DNA from: Octopus bimaculoides
Taxonomy: Eukaryota
DNA length: 64,000 nt
Assembly: GCF_001194135.2 (NCBI RefSeq)
Contig: NC_068987.1
Location: 4,915,564 to 4,979,563, forward strand
Direction: 5' to 3'
Part shown: piece by piece, positions 61,771 to 64,000 of the stretch
Layout of the letters: each line of letters opens with the position of its first letter
Numbering within the stretch: position 1 is the first letter of the stretch
Program-made: the position numbers and the translations under genes
The notes under the pieces: generated by a model
What the model saw: the letters and a program-made list of their open reading frames with translations, nothing else
Database searches by the model: none
Told to the model about the DNA's origin: nothing

Positions 61771-64000
61771 ATACAACAATAACATGGTAGTAATATTTGA
61801 GTATGATAATTACACAGAAATAAAATATGTGACTGAAAATATACACAGAGAGAGAGCTGTAAAGGAAAATTAATAATGTGGAAAAAAAAAAAAAAATCTT
61901 GCTTGAATAAATTTGATAGAATCTGCCTCCAATATTATTTCAGCAGAAACCAACTGGAGAAATAAATATTTTGAATAAGATCTCACTGAAAATTAATATA
62001 GATTTCATCTTAATAATTTATGTTACTTCATTGCTAGAAGTTAAGGTCAGAATGTGAAAGATTAATTTTGCTTTTTAGAATTGGCTAGTTTCAAAATACA
62101 ATTTTAGTTTCTGATTTCTTGGACAACTAGAAGGTAGTCATAAGAGCCATTATGTTCAGAGAATGAGTGTGGAGGGAATCAAACACTTTGATATAAAGCA
62201 TATGAACGAACAGAATTAGGTGGCAGAGAATAAATTACACTTTAACCTTCATGGAATCAACTTGTTTTGCTGTTCAACAGAGAATGCAGGACTAATTTAT
62301 AGACAGCCTGTCCTGAAGTTTGTGGCTAGTAACATCAGAGTAAGAGTCAGACAGACCCAGAAACAAGATAATTTGGAGAAGGATGGCATGGAAGCTAAAA
62401 GATGCCTCAACAGAAACCTATTATGTAAAAGCCAAATGGGAACAGACCAGATCTGTGATTGGTGCAAGAATCCAACCACACAGGTGACATGGTTTATAAA
62501 AGGATACAAAAAATAAAAGCCATAAAAATCTAAGAGACTCACCTAGGTAAAAATGGAAGAGAGTGCGGAGAACCTAAGCCTAATAGCTGATTCTGTTGAA
62601 GAATTAAGAAATTCTAAATGTAGAAGAAAGGTATAGAATCAACAAGATTTAATTCAGCTATATTCTGCCCAAATGTTCTGTTTTGTGTTGAAACAAACCA
62701 GATCCAGTCTCTCACAAACTCTACACTGTCAGTCTAAAAATAAGCAACCACATCGTCAAAATCTCAATTAATTAACTCATCTACAAAACAGAAGTTATCA
62801 ACCACTTACAGAGTAATGTATGAATGGTAAAGCAGGGGCAGAGAGTTGAACAAATATAAGGCATGCTATCCCATGCTCTAACAACTACAATTTCCTCCAT
62901 CACAGTCATCTTATTTACCTGACACAAACAGTCTTTTAATTAGTAAAAAGTATTATATAAAAATGCTTTATTCAGCAAAAACTACATCTCTTATCTATTT
63001 TTTCATTTTTTCAAACATTATTTTACTTTAAAAAAAAAAAAAAAAAAAGTACTAGAGTTGTTTTGTTATTTGGTCCAAGACTAGGGCAACACACGTACAT
63101 TATACAAAGGTAAAAATATAATATAAAAGCTAAGTAGATTAGAAAAGTACAACCCAGTGTCAATCTTTCATAATTACAGAATCCGTAACAGAAAACAAGC
63201 TATGACCCATTTGGCTGGCAGACTGGCAAATTGTCAACTATTCAAATATAGGCATAGCTCTTATTTTAATTAAGATTGATAACTATGAAAATTTTTAAAA
63301 AAGCATAAAAAGTACTTGATCAAAAGAGCTATGAGTTTACACTTTTTTTTTAAAGACAATTATCAAAAGTAAATGAAGAGAAAATCACTAAAAGATATCT
63401 GAAACAAACATCCCTATTTTAACAACTATCCATGCTATATTAACATAAAACAAATAAATAAAAAGCCCTGTGTGAAACTATTCAAATTATAAATTGATAA
63501 ATTTAATAATTTTCAAATCATTATAAAAAAACACATGTATGTCTCAATCGGTGTTTAGCGTTAATTTATGAGATTATCAAAAAAAAAAACTTCCTGTAAT
63601 TAAAAACAAACTCTTTTAATTAGCTTTCCTACAAAGAAAATGTATTCGTTTTAAATTAGAAATCTTGTTCAAAAAGAAGAGGAGGCAGATTCTAATAAAT
63701 TTAGTGATTTACTTCACAGAACAAGCGTAGATGTATTTTGGAAGAAGAAAAAAAAATACATAATTAAAATGGAGACTGTCAGTGGAAATTCAATGGAACT
63801 CCTGATTAAAATCAAACAGAGGATAATATAGAATAGAAATGTGGGAATAATAGATAATTATTTCTTACAGAGAGACAATAACCACTATTCAGTATATATG
63901 TGTGTGTGTGTGTGTGTGTGTATGTTGTATTATCTGAGAAAAATCTAGCACAGAAAATGGACAGAGACGGACTCGCTAACAAGGATATCAGATATGTGAA

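Overview
AT-rich, microsatellite- and SINE-dense animal genomic DNA with about 12 N-gaps. The repeat landscape suggests an octopus/coleoid cephalopod; this is inferred, not searched. Two convergent intron-rich genes were reconstructed by hand from splice sites and phases. (1) A complete 14-exon + strand CCDC91 (p56, GGA-binding coiled-coil) orthologue, CDS 5811-39927, about 685 aa. (2) The last four coding exons of a - strand FNBP4 orthologue (second WW domain to stop, 49378-45701), whose upstream exons lie outside the window or in a gap. The rest is tRNA-derived SINEs, RTE and RLE-type LINE remnants, piggyBac- and hAT-type MITEs and several long foldbacks. The most striking unexplained structure is a repeat present three times in CCDC91 introns. 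It has a tRNA-like Pol III head fused to a body carrying a minimal type I hammerhead ribozyme motif, and it is always inserted as a head-to-head inverted pair, as Penelope-like elements often are. It is a candidate ribozyme-bearing, Penelope-mobilised SINE. Most six-frame ORFs are microsatellite or gap artefacts. No searches or folding programs were run.
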